Assembly: GCA_934120315.1 (NCBI GenBank)
Contig: CAKOTX010000003.1
Location: 71,236-135,235, forward strand
DNA from: an uncultured Clostridia bacterium
Lineage (GTDB): Bacteria; Bacillota; Clostridia; TANB77; CAG-508
Reading direction: 5' to 3'
Length of the DNA: 64,000 nucleotides
In this document: in pieces, positions 17,655-28,205 of the stretch
Numbering within the stretch: the first letter of the stretch is position 1
Layout: the number at the start of each line of letters is the position of its first letter
Program-made: the position numbers and the translations under genes
Notes under the pieces: model-generated
Database searches by the model: none
The model's input: only the letters and a program-made list of their open reading frames with translations
What the model was told of the DNA's origin: nothing

Positions 17655-19364
17655 CTACATCTTATCAGGCATCTCTATTCCTAGCAACTTACAACCTGTT
17701 TTCAAAATACTTCCAACAGCATAAGTCAAATAAACACGTGCATTTTGAAGCTCTTTATCCTCAACAATAATCTTGTTTTCATTATAAAAATTACTATAAG
17801 CTTTAGCAACATCAATCAAATATCTAGACAATATATATGGTTCATTTTTGTCAGTAACTTGAATTAATGTATCTTCAAATTGATAAATCAATTTCACTAT
17901 TTTACTTGATGCATCATCTAATAATTTTTCAACATTTACATCTTTTATATCAGGAACTCCACCAGCCTTTTCAATTACACTCTTTGTACGAACATAAGTA
18001 TATTGAACATATGGGCCTGTCTCTCCTTGAAAATTAAGAATTGTATCCCAATCAAAGATTTCATCTTTTATACGACTATTAGATAAATCATTGAAAATTA
18101 TTGCTCCGACCCCAACTTTGCGTGCCACATCTTCTTTGTTTTCAAGGTCTGGATTTTTTTCTTCAATTATAGCCTTTGCTCTTGAAATAGATTCATTAAG
18201 CAAATCGCTTAATTTAATGCTTGTACCTTCCCTTGTAGACATTTTCCCAGTTGGTAATAATACCATTCCAAATGATACATGTTCTAGGCCTTTAGTATAT
18301 TTCTCGTCTAAACCTAATAATTTAGCCACTTCAAAGATTTGTTTAAAGTGTAATACTTGTTCATATGATGTAACATATAATGCTTTGTCAAAATCATATG
18401 TTCTAGCTCTATATAAAATAGCTGCTAAATCTCTTGTAGCATATGTTGAAGAACCATTGCTCTTTTCTATTATACATGGTGTGTTTATTCCTTTATCCTC
18501 TAAGTCAATTATTTTTGCTCCTTGTGATTCTACTAATTTTCCTGATTTTTCTAATATGTCCATTACTTCTTGCATTTTATCAGAATAGAATGCTTCACCA
18601 TTCCAAGAATCAAATTTGCTTCCTAATAAATCATAAACTTTTTGGAATTCCTTCAAACTTACTTCCCTAAATTTCTTCCATAGTTCAACACAATAAGGAT
18701 CTCCATCTTCTAATTTTTTGAAGTTATTTCTGCAATTTTCTAAGATTTTTTCATCTTCTTTACATGCATTATTTATTCTAATATAAATTTTAGTTAATTC
18801 ATCAATTGGATTTTCATCTAAATTGTATTCACTTCCCCAAAGCTTATATCCTTCAATTAACTTTCCAAATTGTGTTCCATAATCTCCTAGATGGTTTATT
18901 CCTGTAACATTATATCCTAAATATTTATATATATTATATAATGCAGCTCCTATTACTGTTGAACGCAAATGTCCTATATGGAATGGTTTGGCAATATTAG
19001 GTGCAGAATAATCTATTACAATATTTTTTCCTTCTCCTATTGAAGATTTACCATATTGCTCATCTTTGCTGATTTCTTCTAAAACTTCTTTGGTTAATAA
19101 TTCTTTATTTACAAAAAAGTTCAAATATCCACCAACTACTTCGATTTTAACAATTTGTGATTCATCAACTTTAATTTGATTTTTTATTTCTTCTGCAATA
19201 ACAGGTGGAGCTTTTCTTAATGTTTTTGCTAATTTAAAACAAGGAAATGCATAATCTCCATTATCAGCTCCCTTTGGCTTTTCAATTGACATTTCTATTT
19301 CATTAGTTTCAATATTTAATACTTTTGCTATTGATTCTGCTATTATTTTCTTAAAATCTATCAT
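17655..19364 (-). CDS. argS: Arginine--tRNA ligase
   Basis: Class I HIGH motif (PFHIGHLRS); typical ArgRS N-terminal and DALR anticodon-binding organisation; 569 aa. Confidence 0.93.
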   Translation of the reverse strand: MIDFKKIIAESIAKVLNIETNEIEMSIEKPKGADNGDYAFPCFKLAKTLRKAPPVIAEEIKNQIKVDESQIVKIEVVGGYLNFFVNKELLTKEVLEEISKDEQYGKSSIGEGKNIVIDYSAPNIAKPFHIGHLRSTVIGAALYNIYKYLGYNVTGINHLGDYGTQFGKLIEGYKLWGSEYNLDENPIDELTKIYIRINNACKEDEKILENCRNNFKKLEDGDPYCVELWKKFREVSLKEFQKVYDLLGSKFDSWNGEAFYSDKMQEVMDILEKSGKLVESQGAKIIDLEDKGINTPCIIEKSNGSSTYATRDLAAILYRARTYDFDKALYVTSYEQVLHFKQIFEVAKLLGLDEKYTKGLEHVSFGMVLLPTGKMSTREGTSIKLSDLLNESISRAKAIIEEKNPDLENKEDVARKVGVGAIIFNDLSNSRIKDEIFDWDTILNFQGETGPYVQYTYVRTKSVIEKAGGVPDIKDVNVEKLLDDASSKIVKLIYQFEDTLIQVTDKNEPYILSRYLIDVAKAYSNFYNENKIIVEDKELQNARVYLTYAVGSILKTGCKLLGIEMPDKM

Positions 19365-19382
19365 ATTACTCCTCTTTCTATA

Positions 19383-20765
19383 TTATAGTGGATTAACTTC
19401 CATTCCTTCTTTTGTGTCTTTTACTACATATCCTTTTTCAGAAATTAAGTCTCTTAATCTATCTGATTCTGCCCAATTTTTTTCTTGTCTTGCTTTTTTA
19501 CGTTGTTCTACTAATTCTAATATTTCTTCTGGAATTGTTTCTTGTTTTTTCTTTTCTGTTATCTTAATTCCAAGGACTGTATCAAACTTTTCTAATAACT
19601 TTGCTATTTTAGGTGATTTATCTGCATATTTTACGGCTTCCCATACTACACTCATTGCAAGTGACATATTTAAATCATCATTTATTGCTTGGTGGAATCT
19701 ATTTTCCATATCACTAATTATTTCATCTGATACTTCAGCATTTCCTGCTAAATGCTTTTGATATCCATCTCTTATCCTATCTAAAGCAACTGATGCTGAT
19801 TCTATTCCTTCCCAAGTAAAATTCAATTTTCCTCTATAATGGCATGAGAAATTAAATAATCTGTATACTAATGGATCATATCCTCTATTTATGATATCAT
19901 CCAATAAATATACATTTCCTAAGCTTTTTGACATCTTTCCACCATTTATTAAAAGATATTCCCCATGCATCCAATAATGTGCTGGAATCTTTCCACATGC
20001 CCCTTTGCTTTGAGCAATTTCATTTTCATGATGTGTTGGTATTAAATCAATTCCTCCTGTATGAATATCAAATACTTCTCCTAAATATTTTGTGCTCATT
20101 GCTGAACATTCAATATGCCATCCTGGATAGCTTGGTCCCCATGGACTATCCCATTTCATCAAATGATTTTCTGGTGCTTTTATCCAAAGAGCAAAATCAT
20201 ATGGATTTCTTTTTTCTGGATCAACTTCTACTCTTGCTCCTGCCTTTTGTTCTCTTAAATTTACACCTGATAATATTCCATATTCATCTAATTTTGAAAC
20301 GTCAAAATAAATTGCTGTTGAAGTTTCATATGCATATCCTCTTTCCATTATTTTTTGTACTAATTCTAACATTTCTTTGATATGGTCTGTTGCCTTGCAT
20401 ACAATTTCTGGTGTTTCTATATTTAATCTTTCTAAATCATTAAAGAATAATTTTGTATAATATTCTGCAATTTGTAATGGTGTTTTATGCTCTTCTCTTG
20501 CAGATTTTAACATTTTGTCTTCGCCTTCATCTCCATCTGATACAAGGTGTCCAACATCTGTTATATTCATTGCATGTTTTAATTCATAACCATTATAGCG
20601 TAATACTCTTCTTAAAATATCTTGGAATAAGTTTGTTCTCATATTTCCTATTGTTGCATTTTTATATACTGTTGGCCCACATGAATACATTCTTACTTTT
20701 CCTTTTTCTATTGGTACAAATAATTCTTTCTTTTTAGTTAATGTATTATAAAAATATATGTCCAC
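19383..20765 (-). CDS. cysS: Cysteine--tRNA ligase
   Basis: CGPTVY, GWHIECS and KMSKSLGN motifs. The start is taken at GTG 20765, 8 nt after AAGGGAG; the ORF-track start is GTG 20774. Confidence 0.92.
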   Translation of the reverse strand: MDIYFYNTLTKKKELFVPIEKGKVRMYSCGPTVYKNATIGNMRTNLFQDILRRVLRYNGYELKHAMNITDVGHLVSDGDEGEDKMLKSAREEHKTPLQIAEYYTKLFFNDLERLNIETPEIVCKATDHIKEMLELVQKIMERGYAYETSTAIYFDVSKLDEYGILSGVNLREQKAGARVEVDPEKRNPYDFALWIKAPENHLMKWDSPWGPSYPGWHIECSAMSTKYLGEVFDIHTGGIDLIPTHHENEIAQSKGACGKIPAHYWMHGEYLLINGGKMSKSLGNVYLLDDIINRGYDPLVYRLFNFSCHYRGKLNFTWEGIESASVALDRIRDGYQKHLAGNAEVSDEIISDMENRFHQAINDDLNMSLAMSVVWEAVKYADKSPKIAKLLEKFDTVLGIKITEKKKQETIPEEILELVEQRKKARQEKNWAESDRLRDLISEKGYVVKDTKEGMEVNPL

Positions 20766-20834
20766 TATTTTCACTCCCTTATATGTAAAATTAGTTTGGA
20801 GGAGAACTATAAAATATAATTCTCCTTCAAACTT

Positions 20835-23432
20835 CTATTGTGCTGTATTTCCTCCTGATGTAGTATTACTATTGGTAATATTTCCTCCACCAGTTGTGTT
20901 TCCAGCCGTTGTATTACTCCCTCCTGTTGTAGCATTTCCAGTCGTATTACTTCCAGAATCTGGTTTTGTCGTATTATTTGAATCTGGCTTTTTCTCTGCA
21001 TCATTTTTTGGCTTTTCTTCTACTGGTTTCTTAACTTCTTCTACCTTTTTATGAATTGTACAATATTCTGTTGGCGCACTAGTTGTTGTTGTATTAACTC
21101 CTGGTGTTGTCCATAAACCTAATCTTTCTTTTTCAACAACATAATTAGCAGATCTTGTTTCTCTAGTTGATGCTGGGCAAAATTCATTTGCTAATTTTCC
21201 TGATTCTTTACATATTGTATACTGATTTTGATGTGCATCACAAGTATCTGGTAAATGGTCTTTTACAAATACTTCTGAATAAGTATTTGAGCATTTATTT
21301 GTTGCAAGAAGTCCACTTGTTCTACATACTTTTGCATGAACAATGTTTTCTGGTTCTGCAAATAATGAATCTTCTTTTCCTTTATGAATTTCTTTCATAA
21401 TTCCTGAGAATAATTGACCTGCTGGGTTTGTTCCAGGGAAACTTATTCTTTCTGGATCATCAAATCCATACCAAGCAGCGCATGCATAATAATTTGTAAA
21501 TCCACATAACCATCTATCTTTTGATGAGTTTGTTGTTCCTGTTTTTGCTGCTACATCAATTCCACTTAGTCCACAGTAAGATGCTGTTCCAGCATAACTG
21601 TCTGCTCCCTCTACAACTGATAACATTACGCTTTTTACTATATATGCTGTTTCGGCTGAACATACTTTTTCTGTTTTTTGTCCTGGTTCTAATACTACTT
21701 TTCCGTTAGAATCTTCTACTTTTGTATAGAATGTTGGTTCTATATATGTTCCATCATTTGCTACTGTTGCATATGCTGCAGCCATTTCTAATGGACTTAC
21801 ACCATATGTCATACCACCAATAGCTAATGCTAAGTTTTCATCATTATGCTCTTTATTTTCTTTTGCTGTTACTAATGATGAAATTCCCATCTTTTTCATA
21901 TATTCTATTGATTTTTGTGGTGTTAATTCTGCCATAATTTTTACAAATGGTATATTTTGTGATGTTGTTACTGCAGTTCTTACAGTCCTTAAACCTGTAA
22001 ATTTATTATAGTTTTGAGGTTCATAGTCTTTTCCAAATGTTGTAGCTAAATCTGCATATATTGTTGCTAGAGTTACAATTCCTTCTTCTACACCTGGCAA
22101 TACATCTGCCAATGGCTTAATAGATGAACCTGTTTGTCTTAATGACTTTATTCTGTTCAATCCTCTTGAAGTTGTTTTTTCTCCTAATTGTCCAACAGCT
22201 CCAACTACATTTCCTGTTTTTGGATCTATAACTACTGCTGCACCTTGTGCTAATACTGCTGAACCATCTTCGTTCGTATTTTTCTTAGATTTTAAATTAT
22301 ATTTGCTCTTTTTAGCTTCTTCTTCCATTACTGTTTGAATTGAAGATACTTGTGTTGAATATATTTTTAATCCACTACTATACAAATATGTTGTCGCTGC
22401 ATCTTTTGAAATTTCTTTTTCTTCCATTATTTGAGCAATTAATTGGTCTATTAATGCATCTGTATGTGATGAATATACATTTCCTTTTGCACCATTTTCA
22501 AAATTAAATCCTGCATCTACTTCTGCAACAGCTGTATCATATTCTTCTTGGTTTATATACTCCAACTTTTTCATTTGTGATAAAACTGTTTTTGTTCTCT
22601 TTGCAATTTTCTCTGTTGGGTCACTTCCGAAATATGGATTATATCTATTTGGTGAATGGTTAATTCCTGCTAAGAATGCACATTGTGCTATACTTAAATC
22701 TTTTGCTGATTTATTGAAATAGTATTCTGAAGCTATTTCAACACCTCTATTATCCTGATTTTTTCCACCGATAAATATCAAGTTCAAATATAACTCTAAT
22801 ATTTGGTCTTTTGATAATTCATTTTCTACTTGATATGCTTTTGCCCATTCTTTTAATTTTCTAATTATACCATCTATTCCGCTACTTTCTTTATCTTGAG
22901 TAATATTTTTTACTAATTGCTGTGTTATTGTACTTCCTCCACCTGCAGTAGATTTTCCACCATGTGTTACAAATGATAATATTGCTGCACCTGTTCTTTT
23001 TATATCTACTCCATGATGTTTTTCGAATCTTTCGTCTTCTATTGCTATATAGGCTTTTGGAAGGTATGGTGACATTTCTTCTAATGTTATTATTTTTCTG
23101 TTTTCATCACCAGTTAATTCTGCTATTACATTTCCATCGGTATCATAAATTACTGAATTTTGTTTTAATACTAGTTCAGATAAATTGATTTTTAAATCGT
23201 CTCCCCATAATCCATATAATAGTCCTATTGTTACACCAGAGCCAACTACTACAAGAATTACTAATGCAATTAAAATAATTTTTAATGCTAAAGCTAATTT
23301 TGGATGTTTATATTTTAATTTCATTTTAGTATCCTTTTTTCTTGCTTTTGCTTCTTTATTTCCTTTTTTAGATTTTACTAATGCTGTTGAAGTTTTACTG
23401 TGTTTACTTGATTTTCTTTTATTTTTTCCCAT
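20835..23432 (-). CDS. Class A penicillin-binding protein (glycosyltransferase plus transpeptidase) with a low-complexity Asn/Thr/Gly-rich C-terminal tail
   Basis: GT51 motifs (AIEDERFEKHHGVD, GGSTITQQLVKN), transpeptidase motifs SSIKP and KTGTT. Tail sequence is NNTTKPDSGSNTTGNATTGGSNTTAGNTTGGGNITNSNTTSGGNTAQ. Confidence 0.9.
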   Translation of the reverse strand: MGKNKRKSSKHSKTSTALVKSKKGNKEAKARKKDTKMKLKYKHPKLALALKIILIALVILVVVGSGVTIGLLYGLWGDDLKINLSELVLKQNSVIYDTDGNVIAELTGDENRKIITLEEMSPYLPKAYIAIEDERFEKHHGVDIKRTGAAILSFVTHGGKSTAGGGSTITQQLVKNITQDKESSGIDGIIRKLKEWAKAYQVENELSKDQILELYLNLIFIGGKNQDNRGVEIASEYYFNKSAKDLSIAQCAFLAGINHSPNRYNPYFGSDPTEKIAKRTKTVLSQMKKLEYINQEEYDTAVAEVDAGFNFENGAKGNVYSSHTDALIDQLIAQIMEEKEISKDAATTYLYSSGLKIYSTQVSSIQTVMEEEAKKSKYNLKSKKNTNEDGSAVLAQGAAVVIDPKTGNVVGAVGQLGEKTTSRGLNRIKSLRQTGSSIKPLADVLPGVEEGIVTLATIYADLATTFGKDYEPQNYNKFTGLRTVRTAVTTSQNIPFVKIMAELTPQKSIEYMKKMGISSLVTAKENKEHNDENLALAIGGMTYGVSPLEMAAAYATVANDGTYIEPTFYTKVEDSNGKVVLEPGQKTEKVCSAETAYIVKSVMLSVVEGADSYAGTASYCGLSGIDVAAKTGTTNSSKDRWLCGFTNYYACAAWYGFDDPERISFPGTNPAGQLFSGIMKEIHKGKEDSLFAEPENIVHAKVCRTSGLLATNKCSNTYSEVFVKDHLPDTCDAHQNQYTICKESGKLANEFCPASTRETRSANYVVEKERLGLWTTPGVNTTTTSAPTEYCTIHKKVEEVKKPVEEKPKNDAEKKPDSNNTTKPDSGSNTTGNATTGGSNTTAGNTTGGGNITNSNTTSGGNTAQ

Positions 23433-23504
23433 TTATAAATCCTCCGTATTTTTTTGGAATCTTCTCAAATATTATAATACATTTTGCCAAAAAAGGAAAG
23501 TATT

Positions 23505-24350
23505 TTAAGAAAATCTTTCGATTTTTCCATTTATTCCATATATTTCTTGCACCAAAACCTTGTATTTTCCTATTTTTGCTCTAATATTATCAAATGTATC
23601 TTTCATATATAAAGACGCTTCCAATAATTCTTTAGTTTCAAATTTATCCATATTTGTTCTCCAAATTATTTCTTCTCTACCTACTTCTATTTCATAATTG
23701 TTGACATTTATCCCATTAAATCTTTTATTATAAATTATCATATCTCCTTCCAAATTTAAAATTACCGCATTTTCGTTTATTTTATATTTATTTAATACCT
23801 CTTTGTTAAAATCCATATTTAATATTAGCTGAGTCTTGGCTAAACTCTTTTTTTGATTATTTGAGACTAATATTAAAATCCCATACTCATCATATAACTC
23901 TTTTTCAATTTTTCTTAATTTATTTAAATGATTTGTTACTACTGTTACTCTTTTATACTGTTTGGCTAATGTCTTTATAATCTGTATACATGAGTCTGTA
24001 ATTTCATTTGTAGTTATTGCTAATTCAGTTTCTTCTTTTTTTTGATTTTTCTGTTTTAAAATAAATTCTAATATTTCATAGGTTAAATATTTTTCTAGCC
24101 ATCTCCCATCAAATATGTGTATATTAGCTGAATTTAATTCATTTATTAATCGAAGATTTGTTTTTAATTCTTTACTTAAAACTACCGCATTAATTTCGGC
24201 TTTCACTATTTTAGAAATCACTTTCTTTATATTTTTTTCTTTCTCCAAATTAGCATATATTTTACAATTATCTTGTTCAATTTTTAGTTTTTGAAACACA
24301 AATTTTGGCTTATCCACCTTTTCTAGATATAATGTTTTTATCATAATCAC
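23505..24350 (-). CDS. Hypothetical protein (no family recognised)
   Basis: 281-aa Lys/Glu/Asn-rich soluble ORF in the same orientation as its neighbours. An alternative ATG at 24344 has better RBS spacing. Confidence 0.4.
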   Translation of the reverse strand: MIMIKTLYLEKVDKPKFVFQKLKIEQDNCKIYANLEKEKNIKKVISKIVKAEINAVVLSKELKTNLRLINELNSANIHIFDGRWLEKYLTYEILEFILKQKNQKKEETELAITTNEITDSCIQIIKTLAKQYKRVTVVTNHLNKLRKIEKELYDEYGILILVSNNQKKSLAKTQLILNMDFNKEVLNKYKINENAVILNLEGDMIIYNKRFNGINVNNYEIEVGREEIIWRTNMDKFETKELLEASLYMKDTFDNIRAKIGKYKVLVQEIYGINGKIERFS

Positions 24351-24425
24351 CTCAATTGAATCTATGATAAAAACTCATTAATTATGCAAAAAGCCTGAAA
24401 CATTTTGCTTCAGACTTTTACTATT

Positions 24426-26117
24426 TTATTCACTTGCATTAGCAAGTCCTTCTTTAATTATTGCCCAAATATTAGATGTTTCCATATCTTTTCTCCAGCC
24501 AGAAGTTCCTCCTAATTTATATTTTGCAACTAATGCAACTTTTTCTTTTATTGAAGTTCCATCTTCAATCCACATTTTTATTGTATTTTTTCCTGATGCA
24601 TATTCAATGTAATATTGTTTTAAATCCTCATCCCATTGTTTTTCAACGTTATTAGGAATTTTAATGTTCATCATTGGTACAGGACTTCTATCTTTAATTT
24701 TTCCATCTGATGCAATTGTCCATTGTCTTGTATAAAATGGTATTCCTAAAATTATTTTTTCTGTATCTACTTCATCATATTGAATTATTTTTTGTAGACT
24801 CTTTTCAACCCAATTAAGACCTGCTGTTGTTCCTGGTTTTGCACTTGATGTTCCATATTGGTCATATCCCATAAATACTAAATAATCTGCTACATCTCCA
24901 ATTACATTTCTGTTATAACATAAAGACCAATTTGGATCCCCATCTGGTGCAGTTACATCTACAGATAAAACAATTCCCATTTCTTGCATACGTGGTGCAA
25001 GTTCTATTATAAATCTTGAAAATTTATCTTTATCTGCTTGGTACATATTTTCAAAATCTATATTTATACCATCAATTTCATATTGTGCACATTTTTCTAC
25101 TATACTTTGAATTAATTCTTGTCTTTTGCTGTAACTATTTAATATTGTTGATGTTACTTTTATTCCTGCATCTGAATTTGAAATCATTGGCCATATTTTA
25201 TATCCATTTGAATGTGCCCACTCAATATATGTTTTTCCTGCATCTCCAACATTTTCTTTTAATGTTCCATCTGTTTTATCTAAATAGAAGAATAATGGTG
25301 ATACTACATTTACTCCATCAACTACTTGTCCTGTTCTGTCCGGTGCTTTTACATATTGTGAGAAATAATCCCAAAACATGTTTACTTTTCCTTCTATTTG
25401 CTTTTTCTTTTCTACTGCTTGTCTTGCTGTTGTTATCTCATTTAACTTATTTGTTTTTACATATCCAATTTTTCCATTTGCAGTTCTAACTTTTGTCCAT
25501 CCTTTTTCAGATGTTACTCCATTATTTTTTATTACAATTAAACTTGCATTATCTTCAACTTTATCTACTGTTCTAGAAAAACTTTCTCTTTTTGATTTTA
25601 CTGAAAGTTTTGATTTTGTAGTTGCCTTTAATTGTTCTCTTTCTAATGAATCTATTGTTATTACTTTTGTTGATTCTATGTTGTTAATTTCAATATTATA
25701 TACATCTGTCATTTCACTTATTGGTATGTAAACAACATCATTTTCTTTTATTGCATGTGCATTGATTTTCTTTGTCGAACCATTTAATGTTAGCTTGTTT
25801 GCTTCAAATCCTATGCTTGCAATTTTATCATTATATGTTGTTACTATTTCGTTTATTTCATCTTCTATATAGATATATTTGTCAAAGAAATTTTTTATAT
25901 CATCCATTGAAACATAAATATTGTTGTTTTCAATTTTCACGTCATATTTAAGTCTTTGTGTTACATTTGTATTATTTATAATTAAACTAATTGAATCATC
26001 TGTTTTTTCTTTCATAAAGTCTTGTGCTTTTAACAATACTAAAATGATTGCTATTAATACCAATACTACTATTAAAACTCTTTTTATTATATTTCCTTTT
26101 GGACCTAATTCTTTCAT
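24426..26117 (-). CDS. GH18 family (YaaH/YdhD-like) peptidoglycan/chitin hydrolase with N-terminal anchor and SH3-like region
   Basis: GH18 catalytic motif IDGINIDFEN, N-terminal TM helix, and a KGWTKVRTANGKIGYVKTNKL SH3-like segment. Confidence 0.75.
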   Translation of the reverse strand: MKELGPKGNIIKRVLIVVLVLIAIILVLLKAQDFMKEKTDDSISLIINNTNVTQRLKYDVKIENNNIYVSMDDIKNFFDKYIYIEDEINEIVTTYNDKIASIGFEANKLTLNGSTKKINAHAIKENDVVYIPISEMTDVYNIEINNIESTKVITIDSLEREQLKATTKSKLSVKSKRESFSRTVDKVEDNASLIVIKNNGVTSEKGWTKVRTANGKIGYVKTNKLNEITTARQAVEKKKQIEGKVNMFWDYFSQYVKAPDRTGQVVDGVNVVSPLFFYLDKTDGTLKENVGDAGKTYIEWAHSNGYKIWPMISNSDAGIKVTSTILNSYSKRQELIQSIVEKCAQYEIDGINIDFENMYQADKDKFSRFIIELAPRMQEMGIVLSVDVTAPDGDPNWSLCYNRNVIGDVADYLVFMGYDQYGTSSAKPGTTAGLNWVEKSLQKIIQYDEVDTEKIILGIPFYTRQWTIASDGKIKDRSPVPMMNIKIPNNVEKQWDEDLKQYYIEYASGKNTIKMWIEDGTSIKEKVALVAKYKLGGTSGWRKDMETSNIWAIIKEGLANASE

Positions 26118-26209
26118 TTGTTTTCTCCTTGTTTTTTTGTTTTATTATATTATACACTCGAAAAAATAGCAAGATTTTTCTTGCTATTTTTTATTAATAT
26201 TTTTTATTT

Positions 26210-26857
26210 CTACATTTTTCTAAATACTCCAGCAACTTTTCCTAATATTTTACAGTCTGGTACTATTATAGGATCCATTGTATGATTTTCTGGTTGTAAT
26301 CTTATATGGTCTTTCTCTTTGTAGAATGTTTTTACTGTTGCTTCATCTCCTATTAATGCAACAACAATTTCTCCATTACTTGCATTGTTTTGCTTCTTTA
26401 CAAGTATATAGTCTCCATCTAATATTCCAGCTTCTATCATACTTTCTCCTCTTACAGTTAACATGAAACTTTCACTATTTCCAACAAAGTCTAATGGAAT
26501 TGGAAATGTGTCTGTTACATTTTCAACCGCAAGTATTGGTAATCCAGCTGTTATTTTTCCTATTACTGGTACTTCTACCATTTCTCTTTGGGTATAAAAT
26601 TCTTTATTCTGTTTTGTTATAGGTTGGCCGTCTGTTCCTTTTATTACTTTTAATGTTCTTCCTTTTTTATCTTCTTTTTTTATGAATCCTTGTTTCTCTA
26701 ATTTTTCTAAATATGCATGAACTGTAGCTGTTGAGCTTAAGCCAATTGCTTTTCCTATCTCCCTAACTGATGGTGGATATCCATTTTTTACAACTTGATC
26801 TTCAATAAATTTTAATATTGCTTTTTCCTTTCTGCTTGTTTCGGCTCTAGTTCCCAT
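26210..26857 (-). CDS. lexA: LexA repressor
   Basis: Winged-helix N-terminus ([33 protein letters not shown]) and S24 peptidase C-terminus (RGESM ... VALI.DEATVK). Confidence 0.93.
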   Translation of the reverse strand: MGTRAETSRKEKAILKFIEDQVVKNGYPPSVREIGKAIGLSSTATVHAYLEKLEKQGFIKKEDKKGRTLKVIKGTDGQPITKQNKEFYTQREMVEVPVIGKITAGLPILAVENVTDTFPIPLDFVGNSESFMLTVRGESMIEAGILDGDYILVKKQNNASNGEIVVALIGDEATVKTFYKEKDHIRLQPENHTMDPIIVPDCKILGKVAGVFRKM

Positions 26858-26944
26858 TTACATCACTTCTCCTTTTTTCTTATGTAACAATAATATCATA
26901 ACAAAAAAGAAATGTCAAACAAATTTTTGACATTTCTTAAAATA

Positions 26945-27421
26945 TTATTTTTTTATTTTTCTTATTTCATATTTTATTATACCAGCTGGTGCATTAACTT
27001 CTACTGTTGCACCTTTTTTGGCTCCTAATAAAGCTTTTCCTATTGGTGATTCATTTGAAATTTTGTTTTCTGCTAAATTTACTTCTGTAGAACCAACTAT
27101 AGTATATTCAACTTCTTCATCAAATTCTACATCATATAATGTTACTGTATTTCCTATTTGAACTGTTTTGGTATCTATATCTTTTTCGTCTATGATTTTA
27201 GCATATCTTACTTTGTTTTCTAATTCTGCTATTTTAGCTTCATTTTCAGCTTGAGCATTTTTAGCTTCATCATATTCAGAGTTTTCTGATAAATCTCCAA
27301 ATCCTAATGCTACTTTTATTCTATCTGCTATTTCTGATCTTTTTTCTGTTCTTAAATATTCTAATTCTTTTTCTATTTTGTCATAACCTTCTTGTGTTAA
27401 TATTACTTCTTTTCCTTCCAT
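26945..27421 (-). CDS. greA: Transcription elongation factor GreA
   Basis: [16 protein letters not shown]...[12 protein letters not shown]. The start is taken at ATG 27421, 9 nt after AAGGAGG; the ORF-track start is 27445. Confidence 0.92.
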   Translation of the reverse strand: MEGKEVILTQEGYDKIEKELEYLRTEKRSEIADRIKVALGFGDLSENSEYDEAKNAQAENEAKIAELENKVRYAKIIDEKDIDTKTVQIGNTVTLYDVEFDEEVEYTIVGSTEVNLAENKISNESPIGKALLGAKKGATVEVNAPAGIIKYEIRKIKK

Positions 27422-27539
27422 AATTGTATTCCTCCTTGTTGCCATTATGGCATATATAGTAAATAGCGACTTTTTTGAAGTCGCTTATATAATAACATTT
27501 AGTATGATACTTCACTTTTTTAATTTTGTCAAGTATTTT

Positions 27540-28193
27540 TTAATCTTTTAATAAATCTTTTCCATTTTTTAGATAATCTGCCCCTGAGAATATTGTTGCT
27601 ATTACTGATATTACTAACATTACTGTTGATATTATATTAATAGCAAATTGTCCTGTTGTCATATAGATTGATGCTGAATTTGACATCATACTTGCTTCAT
27701 TTGAAACTCTAAATATAAATTGTCCAAATGCAAATTTATCTAAGAAACAGAATATAATTGCAATCATTTGTGTTACTGTTTTTAATTTTCCCCATATAGA
27801 TGCTGCAATTACTTTTCCACCTTTTTCAACTGCTATTAATCTATATCCTGAAACAATAAATTCTCTTGCCAATACTATAATTGGTATCCATGATGGAATT
27901 TTTCCATATTCTACTAATATTACAAGTGCAGATAAAACTAAGATTTTGTCTGCTAATGGATCTAGAAATTTTCCAAATGTAGTTACTTCATTTCTGCTTC
28001 TTGCTATATATCCATCTAATTTATCTGTAATTGATGCTATTATAAATATAATATTCATAATCCAAAATGCAGATGATATTCCTAAAAATGTTCCTGGTAT
28101 CCCAACCAAGTTATCTATAATTGGGATAGCCATTATAACAGGAACTAATATAATTCTAAATATTGTTAATTTGTTTGCTAAATTCATTTTCAT
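27540..28193 (-). CDS. pgsA: CDP-diacylglycerol--glycerol-3-phosphate 3-phosphatidyltransferase
   Basis: CDP-alcohol phosphatidyltransferase motif DGYIARSRNEVTTFGKFLDPLADK. Confidence 0.85.
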   Translation of the reverse strand: MKMNLANKLTIFRIILVPVIMAIPIIDNLVGIPGTFLGISSAFWIMNIIFIIASITDKLDGYIARSRNEVTTFGKFLDPLADKILVLSALVILVEYGKIPSWIPIIVLAREFIVSGYRLIAVEKGGKVIAASIWGKLKTVTQMIAIIFCFLDKFAFGQFIFRVSNEASMMSNSASIYMTTGQFAINIISTVMLVISVIATIFSGADYLKNGKDLLKD

Positions 28194-28205
28194 GATATTT
28201 ACTCC

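Noticed and set aside
20775-20834. Expected T-box leaders upstream of cysS and argS
   Set aside because: The gaps are only about 60 nt (PBP1A-cysS) and 18 nt (cysS-argS), too short for a T-box. The genes appear to be co-transcribed with the upstream PBP gene.
20807-21004. Minus-strand 65-aa ORF and plus-strand 98-aa ORF over the PBP1A 3' end
   Set aside because: They overlap the low-complexity Asn/Thr/Gly tail-coding region of the PBP gene in other frames. There are no independent signals.
26858-26944. LexA box in the lexA promoter, and ATG-TAA mini-ORF as a regulatory start-stop element
   Set aside because: I could not find a GAAC-N4-GTTY match there. The start-stop pair could be coincidental in AT-rich sequence. 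It is mentioned only as context in the SOS finding.
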